Source: a virus (Duplodnaviria; Caudoviricetes). From it: a DNA stretch of 57,013 nt. The DNA lies in the IMG/VR virus record IMGVR_UViG_3300021425_000044, positions 1 through 57,013 of that record. One strand, given 5' to 3'. Shown here in pieces: positions 24,570 through 34,365 of this stretch; the first letter of the stretch is position 1; every line of letters begins with the position of its first letter. The notes below the pieces were generated by a model that was not told the DNA's origin, made no database searches, and saw nothing but the letters and a program-made list of their open reading frames with translations. The translations under genes were made by a program, and so were the position numbers.

Positions 24570-24836
24570 ATGCCCCAAAAAACACCAACCCTGTACGACA
24601 TCTTTGATGCCGAGACCGGCGAGATGATTCTTGTGGCGGAAACCTACGCCGACGCACGGTTCATTCTTGGCGACCGCTTCGATACGACGACACGTTCGTT
24701 GTCTCTCAGCCTGCCGGACACCGACGACCTTCCTGCCGAGAAGTTCACGAAGCGGGTTCGCAACAAGCGCGAAGATCCCAGGGTGATTGAAGCAATCACC
24801 CGAAATCTCAAAGGTCAGCGCCGAGCAGGTACCTGA
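24570..24836 (+). CDS. Hypothetical protein
   Basis: AAGGAG RBS before ATG 24570. Confidence 0.7.
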   Translation: MPQKTPTLYDIFDAETGEMILVAETYADARFILGDRFDTTTRSLSLSLPDTDDLPAEKFTKRVRNKREDPRVIEAITRNLKGQRRAGT

Positions 24837-24893
24837 CCGACCGCCCCAACCAACCAGAGAAAGAAGAAGAAAGTGACAGACGAGGAGGAAACT

Positions 24894-25208
24894 ATGACCA
24901 CTCAAGATGATTATTCGGACATCCCGACCATGTGGCAGTGGCGGTTTGTGCTGCTTCGTGACGGAACTTTGAGACTGTATGAAACCTATTGGAACGGGGA
25001 TCGCCTCCTCGCATATAGAGATGAAAGCCAGCTTTTTGATGCACACGACGCCGACCGGGGCGAGCGCTTCTTTGGCGGTGATGCTTTCGCCGTCGTCAGT
25101 AGGGCGATGGAGCTTCCCGTTCTGCACGTCGATCAACTCCCACCTAATGAGTTGAAAGATTCCACGATGGCAAAGATACTTCGTCGTGTGTGCAAGACGG
25201 TGGCGTGA
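24894..25208 (+). CDS. Hypothetical protein
   Basis: AGGAGG RBS before ATG 24894. Confidence 0.7.
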   Translation: MTTQDDYSDIPTMWQWRFVLLRDGTLRLYETYWNGDRLLAYRDESQLFDAHDADRGERFFGGDAFAVVSRAMELPVLHVDQLPPNELKDSTMAKILRRVCKTVA

Positions 25209-25254
25209 GCGGGCTGATGGTTGAGTTGCTGATCGAAGCTGCCCCCTCGGAGGT

Positions 25255-26334
25255 TTACAGGGATCTAAGAAGCTCTAGCCATAGATCAGCACCTCGTCTG
25301 ATATCCCGGCTCTTAACCCTATCGAATACCTCGTCAGACTTCTCCTGACGGTATGACAGATCGGTGTATTTCTTGATCGCTCTGATCCAGTCCTTGGGCT
25401 TGTACGCAATATCGAAAGAGCCACCCCAGGATGTCCTGAGAGCCTCGTAGGAGGGGCTGTAGGAGCTTATAAAGGGTATCCCGCAGGCTGCGTACTCAAG
25501 ACCCTTAATGTCGCTCTTAGCGTGATTGAAGGGGATGTCACGCAAGGGGATGATCCCTAGCTGCATAGACATCAGATTAGGGTAGTACTCTGGTAAGCAC
25601 CAAGATACCTTCTCAACCACATCTTCGGGCAAGCCCACTCTGTGGGCGAACGTCTCTGCCTGGGGATTATGTGGGTTGTCTCCACCATGGTACATCTGGT
25701 AGTCGTCCGTAAACTGACGGAGGATACCTCTCATCAACTCAAGGTCTCCGCTACGGTGAGCAGTAGAACCGACCCAGCCCAGCTTGGGGGCAGTCACGTC
25801 CTGCTCGACTCGTGTAAACCTATCGATATCAACGTAGTTAGGTATGATCTCGGTGGGCAGCGAGAACTTAGAAGCACTCATGTCAGCGATCCAGGGAGTA
25901 GACGCCACAACCATTGACGACGCCAGTATCGACCGGGTGTAGTGGTCAGTGTTCCTAGCTTTGTTGTACTTAGGGTGTGCCCCTTTCCATGCAGCGTTAC
26001 GGTGGTCGAGCGCCCAGTACCAATCATCTATATCCTGGATAACAACCATACCGGAGTTGACGGAGTGCCTACAGTCGTTAGCGATACCGTCGTTCATAAG
26101 ACGCTGAGTGATAAGGATATCGGGGGTGTACAGTCTCTTAGTGATATCGCACTCGACTCCTAAGAACCCCTTATTTGAGTACAGGGTTCCGTATACAACG
26201 TTGTACTCCTCCTTAAAGTAAGGAATATACTGACCAATCCTCGCCCAGCCAGATCCACCCCAACTAGGGGTTTTACCCCCAGGACTGTCTTGGCAGCTTC
26301 TAAAATCTCCACTAGCTATGCCTAAAGTTTTCAT
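25255..26334 (-). CDS. GT-B (family 4-like) glycosyltransferase
   Basis: DIDDWYW, IIPNYVD, LGWVGS..H..DL, PLRDIPFNHAKSDIKGLEYAACGIP. Confidence 0.88.
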   Translation of the reverse strand: MKTLGIASGDFRSCQDSPGGKTPSWGGSGWARIGQYIPYFKEEYNVVYGTLYSNKGFLGVECDITKRLYTPDILITQRLMNDGIANDCRHSVNSGMVVIQDIDDWYWALDHRNAAWKGAHPKYNKARNTDHYTRSILASSMVVASTPWIADMSASKFSLPTEIIPNYVDIDRFTRVEQDVTAPKLGWVGSTAHRSGDLELMRGILRQFTDDYQMYHGGDNPHNPQAETFAHRVGLPEDVVEKVSWCLPEYYPNLMSMQLGIIPLRDIPFNHAKSDIKGLEYAACGIPFISSYSPSYEALRTSWGGSFDIAYKPKDWIRAIKKYTDLSYRQEKSDEVFDRVKSRDIRRGADLWLELLRSL

Positions 26335-26335
26335 A

Positions 26336-26710
26336 CTACGCCTTTGTTATGTGTTTACGGATACTGGAACGGATATCAGGGATATTGAGCCGTCTCTCTG
26401 GCTCTGGTAATAACATATCACCTGGAGGAGGAAGTAGGTTAATCTTCTCTGGATCTAGCCTCTTACTCGGATTGAACGGTATACCCTCTCTACGCTCCTT
26501 CGGGGTGCGGCCTCCCCACATACCGTGCTCTTCATCGGCTCCTAAAGCGTCACACGCCTCTCTCTGTGTGCAGTTACCACAAACCAGACGCCCTATGTCA
26601 TAGTATTTAGACTCGGGGGCGGTTCTCTCCTCGCTGAATATCGGAGGAAAGAACAGATCAACATGAACGTCTTTGCACAGAGCTTTGCTGTCATCCAGTA
26701 GGTCAGCCAT
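26336..26710 (-). CDS. whiB: WhiB-family transcriptional regulator
   Basis: ALC..VDLFFP, CGNC....C, GMWGGRTPKER. Confidence 0.9.
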   Translation of the reverse strand: MADLLDDSKALCKDVHVDLFFPPIFSEERTAPESKYYDIGRLVCGNCTQREACDALGADEEHGMWGGRTPKERREGIPFNPSKRLDPEKINLLPPPGDMLLPEPERRLNIPDIRSSIRKHITKA

Positions 26711-26711
26711 A

Positions 26712-27434
26712 TCAGTCCTCCCTTAGGATAAGCTGTCGAAGGTATGCGATACGGGCAACCTGTCGAGGGTCATTCTCCGCCCTCAATATGTTGTCCAGTA
26801 CGGTCAACTGCTCGATACGTGCATCGTTTGATACCTCATCATCTAGCACGTCGTCTACTACGTCATCCGCTACCAAACGGAGGACCGGGCTACCGGGAGA
26901 CTTAGAAGACTTGTGGTCGTCCTGCACATACTTAATGAAGTCATCATCGTCTAGGTTACGTTTTGCACGGTCACGGAGGTTAAAGGCTGGGTGTGTACTT
27001 TCGTCCCCACCAAACACTTGTTCGATACCAGCAGACCCTTCCTGTATAGCTATGATGATGTCCTCTTTGTCAATACCTGTGATATGGGATATCTTTTCCA
27101 GCAGACCCATAATCTGATGGTCTTCCATATCATCGCTGAAACCCTGTCCGTACGCAGTGATGATGAGCTTGCGGAAGATATCTATCATACCCTCGTCCTC
27201 GGGGATATCGACTTTGGGGTCTCTGTCGTATCCCTCTGACCTATCGATACTGAACATGATATGGTCAGCCCCCAGAGTGGTAAGGTCATCATCTAAGATT
27301 CCCTTGATATTATTCCATTGAATGTTCTGTACGTCTTGCAACCACTCCTCAAATGCATCATCATCATCATCATTGAAGTCGTATGGATCTACATCGAAGT
27401 CCTCTGGCTCTCCGTAGTCCTCATCATCCATCAT
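26712..27434 (-). CDS. Hypothetical acidic protein
   Basis: ORF track; AAGGAG RBS. Confidence 0.75.
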   Translation of the reverse strand: MMDDEDYGEPEDFDVDPYDFNDDDDDAFEEWLQDVQNIQWNNIKGILDDDLTTLGADHIMFSIDRSEGYDRDPKVDIPEDEGMIDIFRKLIITAYGQGFSDDMEDHQIMGLLEKISHITGIDKEDIIIAIQEGSAGIEQVFGGDESTHPAFNLRDRAKRNLDDDDFIKYVQDDHKSSKSPGSPVLRLVADDVVDDVLDDEVSNDARIEQLTVLDNILRAENDPRQVARIAYLRQLILRED

Positions 27435-27464
27435 ATTATGCTCCTTATATTTGGTCTGTTTTGG

Positions 27465-28922
27465 TTATGTATCAATGGGGGGGTCATCGAGAAGGTCAGC
27501 CTCGATGATGGCCTGGTCTAGCTCGTTGGCGGTCATAGGGGTGGAAAGCTGATTAGCCTTATCTGCGATATCTGATCCGAATATCTTACTGAGCACGCCC
27601 CCACTACCCTTTGCCTCGACCTCCATACGGAACACATCACGAGTGTCTTGGATGTCCTTAAAGTCCTTCACGAGCCTGAAGAGGCGGTCCATCTCAGCCG
27701 ATAGCTCGGCATCGATACCTTGACCCTCTACGTCCTCTGCGAACTTAGCGAACATAACTCGACTCGCTTGCATCTCCACCATGGCGGTGAGTAGGGACTG
27801 GAGTTGGGACTTGCTCTTAAGCTCCATAGGTAGGTCATACGCACAATCCATATGTTCCTCAAAACGAGGACAACGGGGAGCTAAATAGCAACTATCACAT
27901 TGCCTCACACTCTTGCTACTGAGGGCTACTACGCTCTCTTCATGTGGGCGTAAATCGTAGGTTTCATCACCGTTTGCGCCCTTTTTGGCCTCGGTGGAAA
28001 GTACCTTATCTAGACCAAATACCGGTAGCAATTCCCGGTCACTCTCGTGCCTACTTTCTGGCCCATAGGTAGCAATAGTACTATGGTTAGAAACCGTGTT
28101 ATCGGGTTTCGCAGAATCGGGGGGTATAGTTGCTATGTTGCCCTCTGAGGGGTGTTCAGACCCCTCATCGAGTTCACCTGCCGAGGGGTCATAGGCCGCA
28201 GAACTGGGGGTATCGTAGGTCCTTTTCTCCCACTCCAACCACGACATTACGGCCATCTTAGCCACCTCTTTAACGTCATCTTCCATGACGGCATCGAAGT
28301 CCACCCCAAGACGGGTGATATCATTACGGTGCTTCTGTCGTACCTGCTGCTTCTTAGCTGCAGGGTATCGCCGTAGTCCATGACCATCCCATATCTGGGT
28401 TTCGCCATACCTTACAACACTCTTCCACGACGTTACGATAGCCACATCCCAGTCGACTGACTCTATGATGTCGACCTTACCGGTGATGACAACCATAAAG
28501 GCGTTCCACCTCTGCTTCAATTGCTTGATACGTTTGGTCGTGGATGACGTGATAGCCCTATCGGATATCGCCACCCGCCCGTATCGCTCACAGAGGTGAG
28601 CCAGTCTTTCGATGTCTTCTGGATCGTTCCAGATAGGGATGTACTTATCCCCTAACCACTCACCGTTGTAGTCGGGGCGACCGATAACCGAGGTGATATC
28701 GCCCCCGTGTTGACGGATGAAGCTATCGAAACCGTCGATATCAGAGTCATCATCGCTGGTATATAGGTACACATCCTCGGTACCGAAATACTCCTTGATC
28801 TCCAGCTCCTTACGCTTCGGCACTGCGAAGTGTGTGAGGTTCATAGCTACCGACTGAGCGTTGTTATCCTTGAGAACGTTTCTATAGGTACCCTTCTCGG
28901 CACCTGCGAGGACTACCTTCAT
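27465..28922 (-). CDS. Hypothetical protein; possible degenerate TGT-like barrel plus C-terminal 4-Cys domain
   Basis: TSWKSVVRYG reminiscent of the TSW...RYG motif of TGT-like phage proteins; CDSCYLAPRC...C. Confidence 0.5.
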   Translation of the reverse strand: MKVVLAGAEKGTYRNVLKDNNAQSVAMNLTHFAVPKRKELEIKEYFGTEDVYLYTSDDDSDIDGFDSFIRQHGGDITSVIGRPDYNGEWLGDKYIPIWNDPEDIERLAHLCERYGRVAISDRAITSSTTKRIKQLKQRWNAFMVVITGKVDIIESVDWDVAIVTSWKSVVRYGETQIWDGHGLRRYPAAKKQQVRQKHRNDITRLGVDFDAVMEDDVKEVAKMAVMSWLEWEKRTYDTPSSAAYDPSAGELDEGSEHPSEGNIATIPPDSAKPDNTVSNHSTIATYGPESRHESDRELLPVFGLDKVLSTEAKKGANGDETYDLRPHEESVVALSSKSVRQCDSCYLAPRCPRFEEHMDCAYDLPMELKSKSQLQSLLTAMVEMQASRVMFAKFAEDVEGQGIDAELSAEMDRLFRLVKDFKDIQDTRDVFRMEVEAKGSGGVLSKIFGSDIADKANQLSTPMTANELDQAIIEADLLDDPPIDT

Positions 28923-29401
28923 TCTTTACTCCAGTCTCGCTCTGCTCGTTCTAGCTTCTGTTTCTGTACTTCCTCAACTAACGTTTCCCACGATCTGGGG
29001 GAGGCTGAGAGGTTCTTCCATTCAGGACGAACGGTGTAGGGGTCTGCGAGCAGTAGAGCGGTCATACCCAGCTTCATACAGTGCTCGACTGTGGAGGGGT
29101 CAACGTCAACGTACCAGTTGGTCATTGATGACCCTGCCGATGTAGCCAGTGTAAACACCTTCTCTGCTTTGATCTCGGGGGCGGTGGCGTAGAGTACGTC
29201 ATAGATCGCCGCCTTGACCCCATTGACCTTCATCCAGGTCTCAAGTACAAACGTGTCATCACACTCGTCTATAACCACAGCCAGACGACCGTGTAGAGAC
29301 TCATGCAAGATCCTCCAGAGGGCCATGCCCCCTGTACGTGGGACACGTTGTACGATTTCACTAGCGGGCTGGGCAATAACATCAAAGTTAACGACAATCA
29401 T
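28919..29401 (-). CDS. HAD-like fold protein (degenerate)
   Basis: IVVNFDV N-terminal strand; WYVDVDP..V..C..LG. Confidence 0.5.
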   Translation of the reverse strand: MIVVNFDVIAQPASEIVQRVPRTGGMALWRILHESLHGRLAVVIDECDDTFVLETWMKVNGVKAAIYDVLYATAPEIKAEKVFTLATSAGSSMTNWYVDVDPSTVEHCMKLGMTALLLADPYTVRPEWKNLSASPRSWETLVEEVQKQKLERAERDWSKE

Positions 29402-29619
29402 TCTGTCTCCTCCACAGGTTCAAGGAAGTGCCACGATACGTAACCGCACCATAGCCATAGTGTGAGCCTTCCTAGATGGTGACGGTTGCCCCAGCGCTTA
29501 AGAACTCGGGTAATTGTGGGAGCCTTCTTCGTGGTAATAGCAAGGACCTCATAGACGCACCCCACTACCAGAACAGCGTTCATAGCTTCCTGGGTACTGA
29601 TGGTGCGTCTCACTTCCAA
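29398..29619 (-). CDS. Small membrane protein
   Basis: Two hydrophobic segments; coupled. Confidence 0.65.
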   Translation of the reverse strand: MEVRRTISTQEAMNAVLVVGCVYEVLAITTKKAPTITRVLKRWGNRHHLGRLTLWLWCGYVSWHFLEPVEETE

Positions 29620-30092
29620 GTGACCTTACGGTTACTGTAGTGTTCGACATAGCTATGGTATGGACAGAAATCGCAGACATACGACCACTCCTCTTTGGGG
29701 ATACCGATAGTACGTCCGATCGCTTTCTTCTTATCACGGTAATCCGAGCAGCCGACGCCATAACCAAACCCGTAGGTGGGGCGGTTGTGTAGGTTGTAAC
29801 AACCCATGGCGTCTTCTTTGTAGTTCTCACGCTCGTTGCGGATAAACTCCTCCAGCTTATTATCGTGGACAGCCTGCTTAAGAGCACCCTCATCGATAAG
29901 CGCAAGCTCTGCGTCTGAGATGTTAAATAACTGGGCAGCGTGAACGTCACCAGCCCTGGGGTACTTCATCTTATGAGTATCACAAGCGTCGATCAACTCG
30001 TGATCGTGAAGGGATTGGGGATCGTTTTCTGTCGCATAGTCATTGAGCTTGTCTACAGTTTTGCAGGTGTTGCAGATGAGCAATCGGGCCAT
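29610..30092 (-). CDS. Cys-rich hypothetical protein
   Basis: CNTC, C...H..P...C, CDFCP; AGGAG RBS. Confidence 0.75.
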   Translation of the reverse strand: MARLLICNTCKTVDKLNDYATENDPQSLHDHELIDACDTHKMKYPRAGDVHAAQLFNISDAELALIDEGALKQAVHDNKLEEFIRNERENYKEDAMGCYNLHNRPTYGFGYGVGCSDYRDKKKAIGRTIGIPKEEWSYVCDFCPYHSYVEHYSNRKVTWK

Positions 30093-30149
30093 TAGTTTCT
30101 CCTGTTATTGTTACGGATTGTGAACGTATTATGTGTATTCTACCACTTA

Positions 30150-30509
30150 TCAGGTAGTAAATCTATCCATGGGTCCTAGGTACTCGGGGCGGTCGTCGTT
30201 ACCCTTACCACGAGCCTGGAAGGTGGCGAGAGCGGAGGCGTGCCAGAGTACGCTCACGATATGGGGGGTACCCGTTTCCTCATCGATATCCTCACCGTTC
30301 CAGAACTGCCAGAGGTGGCGCTGGAGAGCACCGAACGAGAGGGACCAGTTATATCCTCGCTCCCAGTTACGATCGGCATACTTTTCTGCTCCCCGACCGT
30401 ACGCTTCTGCGAGCATCCATATCGCTTCTTGTGGAATCAGATCAAAGCGAGCTAGTTTTTGTCCTTTCTCTCCTCCGGTGTTGGGATCTACGATGCGTAC
30501 TTCGGACAT
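30150..30509 (-). CDS. dATP/dGTP diphosphohydrolase (DUF5664-like)
   Basis: RFDLIP...GAEKYADRNWERG..WS...LQRHL..FWNGEDIDEETG.PH. Confidence 0.85.
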   Translation of the reverse strand: MSEVRIVDPNTGGEKGQKLARFDLIPQEAIWMLAEAYGRGAEKYADRNWERGYNWSLSFGALQRHLWQFWNGEDIDEETGTPHIVSVLWHASALATFQARGKGNDDRPEYLGPMDRFTT

Positions 30510-30582
30510 TTATTACTCCTCCTGCTGAAGGAGCAATTATACCTGAAGGGGAGACTAAAAGCAATACCTGTATAAAGAAAGT

Positions 30583-30632
30583 GGCCCCTTACTGGTGACA
30601 AGAGAGAGAGAAACACACACCAGTAAGGGGCC
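30583..30632 (-). terminator. Rho-independent terminator-like hairpin
   Basis: Perfect 15-bp stem GGCCCCTTACTGGTG/CACCAGTAAGGGGCC followed by T-rich tract on minus strand. Confidence 0.7.
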
Positions 30633-30678
30633 GAAAGTGTTAGGTATGGGTAACCTAACAGACCACGTTTATATATGA

Positions 30679-30897
30679 TTAGCCTTTGATCGTAGTAATA
30701 CGCTTCCCTGCGAGAGCCTTCGCCCGCTGCGAAACAGTGTCGTCATAGAGAACGTCGTGACGGGCGTCTTTTGCGAGGTAAGCGGAGAGGTCATCGTTCG
30801 GGGTGCCACCACGATCAGGGGCGACCTTCTTCACGTAACCATCAGTGATCCCTTCCTGGAGATCAGAGTTCATACTACGAGATTCGTTAACAGCCAT
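30679..30897 (-). CDS. Hypothetical protein
   Basis: ORF track; AGGA RBS. Confidence 0.7.
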   Translation of the reverse strand: MAVNESRSMNSDLQEGITDGYVKKVAPDRGGTPNDDLSAYLAKDARHDVLYDDTVSQRAKALAGKRITTIKG

Positions 30898-30944
30898 ATC
30901 TATATCCTATCATAATGGTTAAGGGTTTGGGGGCTTACTGCTTA

Positions 30945-31340
30945 TTAACGCTGTTGGGCTTCGGCGTGTCGGGCACGGGTTCCGTACACTCTTGCGTCTG
31001 TAATATCCTGTGCGTCTTTAGCGTTGTTCTTTGAGCTTGGACGTTCTGGCGGCTCGGGGAAGGTCCTACCGTTGTCAGAATCGTCCCCAGAGTCTTTAAC
31101 ACGTGCTGGAGGCTCCAACATACTTGTCACCTGCTCTTTAGCATCTTCCCCGACCTCCTTAGGGTTCTTGGAGGTGTTGTCTAACTCGCTCCAGTAGTTA
31201 GCACCTGCACCACCCGGCTTACCGGAAATGGGGTCAGGTCGATTAGGGCGCTGACGGTACTGGGGCTGACGCAGCCCTGCGCCGTAAGTGAATCCTTGCA
31301 GCTTATTCGCCTGTGGGTTGTAGTTAGGGTTGTTAGACAT
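30945..31340 (-). CDS. Hypothetical low-complexity protein
   Basis: ORF track; operon context. Confidence 0.7.
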   Translation of the reverse strand: MSNNPNYNPQANKLQGFTYGAGLRQPQYRQRPNRPDPISGKPGGAGANYWSELDNTSKNPKEVGEDAKEQVTSMLEPPARVKDSGDDSDNGRTFPEPPERPSSKNNAKDAQDITDARVYGTRARHAEAQQR

Positions 31341-31342
31341 TG

Positions 31343-31885
31343 TTATTTCCTATCTTCTCTAAGTTTGTTGAGTGCTCCAAGATTGGCACCCGACTGCTTT
31401 TGACCAGCCTTAGGGCCAGCCTTAGGGGCCACCACGCTCTTCGCACCCTGTTTAGCCTCATTGACTTGATTCTTCCAGGCTTCAATACCTTGCCTTGCCC
31501 GGTCAGGGTCGTCTCCTTCTTCCACTGTAGATGACACTTTGCCGAAAGATGGCACTTTGCCGAGAGATGGCACTTTGCCGAAGGCGTCTGTAGGTGTCTC
31601 GTCTGTAGGTTCATCGTCTGAAGCTGTTACGTGTCCATACAGAAGAGCGTTGGTGAGAGTTTCGGTGCTGGGTAGAGATCTAGCTAACCTATTACCAAGG
31701 CCGGGTGCTTCTGGTTTCCACTGCTTACCGGACCAGTCCGCTACACCACCAGACGTGGTGTTAACGACATGAGAGGGCCTACCCGGTCCCGCATCTTCCC
31801 AGGTACGTTGCCATACACCAGTGTTGGGGTTACCACTTCCTGAGAGGGGCTGACCTGCTCGGTACGGGTTAAACTTACCATCCAT
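31343..31885 (-). CDS. Hypothetical protein with GKVPS 18-nt repeats
   Basis: TAATG coupling sets start at 31885; FGKVPSLGKVPSFGKVSS. Confidence 0.7.
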   Translation of the reverse strand: MDGKFNPYRAGQPLSGSGNPNTGVWQRTWEDAGPGRPSHVVNTTSGGVADWSGKQWKPEAPGLGNRLARSLPSTETLTNALLYGHVTASDDEPTDETPTDAFGKVPSLGKVPSFGKVSSTVEEGDDPDRARQGIEAWKNQVNEAKQGAKSVVAPKAGPKAGQKQSGANLGALNKLREDRK

Positions 31886-32220
31886 TAGTAAACTCCTTCG
31901 CTCATTGCGTTGCGGGCAGATCCGCCCCATTTGGTATCAGAGTAATCCGATATGATACTCGGCTGTACGACGACCCCACTCACCCATGAACGGTTAGAGG
32001 GTGCAAGACGGTCTGCACTCAGTACGTCGTGGATGCCTGCCTGAGAGGTTGTGAACCCACGTCGCTCGGCGTGAAGGACAACAGGAGCTACGGGGCGAAT
32101 CTGTCTGATAGCCTCGGCGGGGGCGTATGCAATCTGCAACGACTCATCAACCAGGAACTCTTCCCTGCTCTGAAAGGGTGCTTTAGACTGTTGTCGGGGG
32201 GCTTGGTCACGTAGATTCAT
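31885..32220 (-). CDS. Hypothetical protein
   Basis: TAATG coupling at 32220. Confidence 0.7.
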   Translation of the reverse strand: MNLRDQAPRQQSKAPFQSREEFLVDESLQIAYAPAEAIRQIRPVAPVVLHAERRGFTTSQAGIHDVLSADRLAPSNRSWVSGVVVQPSIISDYSDTKWGGSARNAMSEGVY

Positions 32221-32705
32221 TACTTCCAACTCGGCGCTAGGTTCTGGAGTGCAGTACGACGCTGCGGATCGATATGGCCCATATCTTCTACACGAGGCAG
32301 GCCACTCGGGATACCACGGGGGCCGACTTTACCATCATTAGTAAGTCGAACAGGCTCAGCACCTGGGGGTGCCCACTTGGCCCCTGACACCTGACGTTCT
32401 AACCCTGTCATAAGGTTAAACTCATCAGGCCATAGGTAATCACCTTGGTTGATACGCTCACCCTTGTGAACTCCTCGGCTGTATGTACGCTTGTTTTGGC
32501 GCATGACACCATCGAGGAGCTTGTCCTGGCGACGTGTCGTGGAGCCGTGGATACCGATATAACCATCTGGGTACTGGGCATCAGGTGTTGCCCCGAAAGC
32601 TGCCAAGCGCCGGTCTTTAGCGTCACGGAAGCTAGGAGTGGGGCCGATAGCACCGTCATTGGGGAGTTCTTCCCCACCCTGCCACTGTGAAAAGGATGTA
32701 CTCAT
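32220..32705 (-). CDS. Conserved hypothetical protein
   Basis: QYPDGY.G...RRQDKL...RGVHKGERI motif; coupled. Confidence 0.75.
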   Translation of the reverse strand: MSTSFSQWQGGEELPNDGAIGPTPSFRDAKDRRLAAFGATPDAQYPDGYIGIHGSTTRRQDKLLDGVMRQNKRTYSRGVHKGERINQGDYLWPDEFNLMTGLERQVSGAKWAPPGAEPVRLTNDGKVGPRGIPSGLPRVEDMGHIDPQRRTALQNLAPSWK

Positions 32706-32905
32706 ACCCTTTGACCCCCATTAGAGAATCCCGCAGCCATGGCGAAGGCTTGGAAACTACTTCCACGCCCTCCTCCTAGGTGGGATACGGGGCGTGGTCC
32801 ATCTTGTTCGTCCTCGATTACCGGTTGACTGGTAGCTTGTCGATCAGCCATACTTCGCATACCTTGAAGTGTTTTACGGGCACGGTCGGCCTCGGGAGAG
32901 AACAT
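32702..32905 (-). CDS. Hypothetical protein
   Basis: Leaderless promoter TGA-TATACT-N6-ATG. Confidence 0.7.
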   Translation of the reverse strand: MFSPEADRARKTLQGMRSMADRQATSQPVIEDEQDGPRPVSHLGGGRGSSFQAFAMAAGFSNGGQRV

Positions 32906-32917
32906 GCAGTAAGTATA

Positions 32918-33208
32918 TCAGATACTGTAGTCAGGAGTCCATGTAATCGCTGAAATTGGCTTACCAGAATCACCTTCGATATCATCAAATCCAATGATAT
33001 AACTAAGGTCGATACCTCTAGGGGCCACGAAACCACGAGCGATAGCGCAAGCCTTGGTAGCCTGGTTGACGGCAGCCGCTCCGATTGCTCGGATCTTCGG
33101 CTTGCCCCCTCCTACTACTGCTCGTGCAATAACTGATGCAATAGCGCCAGCATTACTGTCGCCCCGCACTCGGATAACGTCGTCTACATTCGTATTCTTT
33201 TTAGTCAT
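32918..33208 (-). CDS. spoVS: SpoVS-family protein
   Basis: IRAIGAAAVNQATKACAIARGFVAPRGIDL...F.DI. Confidence 0.88.
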   Translation of the reverse strand: MTKKNTNVDDVIRVRGDSNAGAIASVIARAVVGGGKPKIRAIGAAAVNQATKACAIARGFVAPRGIDLSYIIGFDDIEGDSGKPISAITWTPDYSI

Positions 33209-33258
33209 TTCTAATCCTTCTGATATGCGAGTTGTGTACTTGGTCTAAGTATACCAGA

Positions 33259-33630
33259 CTACTTGTCCAGGAGTCCGTTTTCACGCATAACCAGGATCAT
33301 ACTGTTTAGAACCTCGACTGGCATGATTGCGACCCAATCTTCCCCGACGTTACGGGAGCCCGCCTTCTTTGCGACAACAGCACCGTAGTCGTGGCCGTTG
33401 TTTGCCATCTCTTCTCTCAGTTCCTTGATATGGCTATGGACGTTAGAGATAGCTCCCTGCCCGCCTTTGACCTCGACTGTGAAGTTAGTACCGTCCTGGA
33501 GACGTACGTCCCCTCGGTCATTGATACCAGACAGGGTGAGACGGTCTGCATGGGGCCACCCGTTGGCCCGTAGGTAGTCTCGTACACGGTTCTCTGCGTC
33601 GGTACCAGTCTGTTTAGGCTTGTTGGTCAT
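33259..33630 (-). CDS. Holliday junction resolvase-like PD-(D/E)xK nuclease
   Basis: KQTGTDAE..V..YL...DRGD...VEVK. Confidence 0.8.
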   Translation of the reverse strand: MTNKPKQTGTDAENRVRDYLRANGWPHADRLTLSGINDRGDVRLQDGTNFTVEVKGGQGAISNVHSHIKELREEMANNGHDYGAVVAKKAGSRNVGEDWVAIMPVEVLNSMILVMRENGLLDK

Positions 33631-34337
33631 GGGGCCACCCTATTACGACTCACGTAAGACGAATACGTTAGGGGGAAGTCTTCTGAGAAGTAGCTCTCCA
33701 TCATGTTGGCTACCTGCTCAATCTCGTACTGAGGATACGAGGGGTAGGCGGCGGTGTCGTCGTGGACCCTCAGGCTTAAGAAGTTCATTAGGGAGCGGGC
33801 GTTGCAGGTGACATACGCTGAGGACATGATGTTCAGGGGGAGCACCATACGAGCTACCTCCCGAGCCACCCCCTCCGAAAGGAGGTCCCTGTAATGCCCA
33901 TACGAGTGAGCACTCGCAATCTCCATGATGGCTTTCATCTCCTCGCTAACGTGATCGCCATCCTCAGCGTGAGTGATATCGTAGTGACCAGGCTTACCCT
34001 CCTGATACCTAGCTCGGGAAGGGATGTAGAACTCGGGCTTGAGTTCCCGGTACCGGGCTGACTCCTCGTTGTAGGAGAACCCTACCCGATGTCGCATGAA
34101 CTCACGCCACACAAAGATCGGTGCCTTTATACGAAAGGTCATAGAGGTATGCTCAAAGGGGGAGCCGTGACGATTACGCATGAGGAAGTCAATAAAAGAA
34201 GACATTGACTCAGGATCTATCTCACCAATAAGGTCACCTCTAACAGACACTTTGGCAGCATTAACGATGGACTCGTCGTCTCCCATAGAGTTAAATAGAG
34301 ATACTTCGGGAGAGGTAACAAAGCTAACAGCTTCCAT
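33627..34337 (-). CDS. thyX: FAD-dependent thymidylate synthase
   Basis: HGSPFEH, REFMRHR..SYNEESARY, REVARMVLP, NARSLMNFL.LR. Confidence 0.95.
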   Translation of the reverse strand: MEAVSFVTSPEVSLFNSMGDDESIVNAAKVSVRGDLIGEIDPESMSSFIDFLMRNRHGSPFEHTSMTFRIKAPIFVWREFMRHRVGFSYNEESARYRELKPEFYIPSRARYQEGKPGHYDITHAEDGDHVSEEMKAIMEIASAHSYGHYRDLLSEGVAREVARMVLPLNIMSSAYVTCNARSLMNFLSLRVHDDTAAYPSYPQYEIEQVANMMESYFSEDFPLTYSSYVSRNRVAP

Positions 34338-34365
34338 TTCACAGTTCCTTATCTAGGGATTAACC

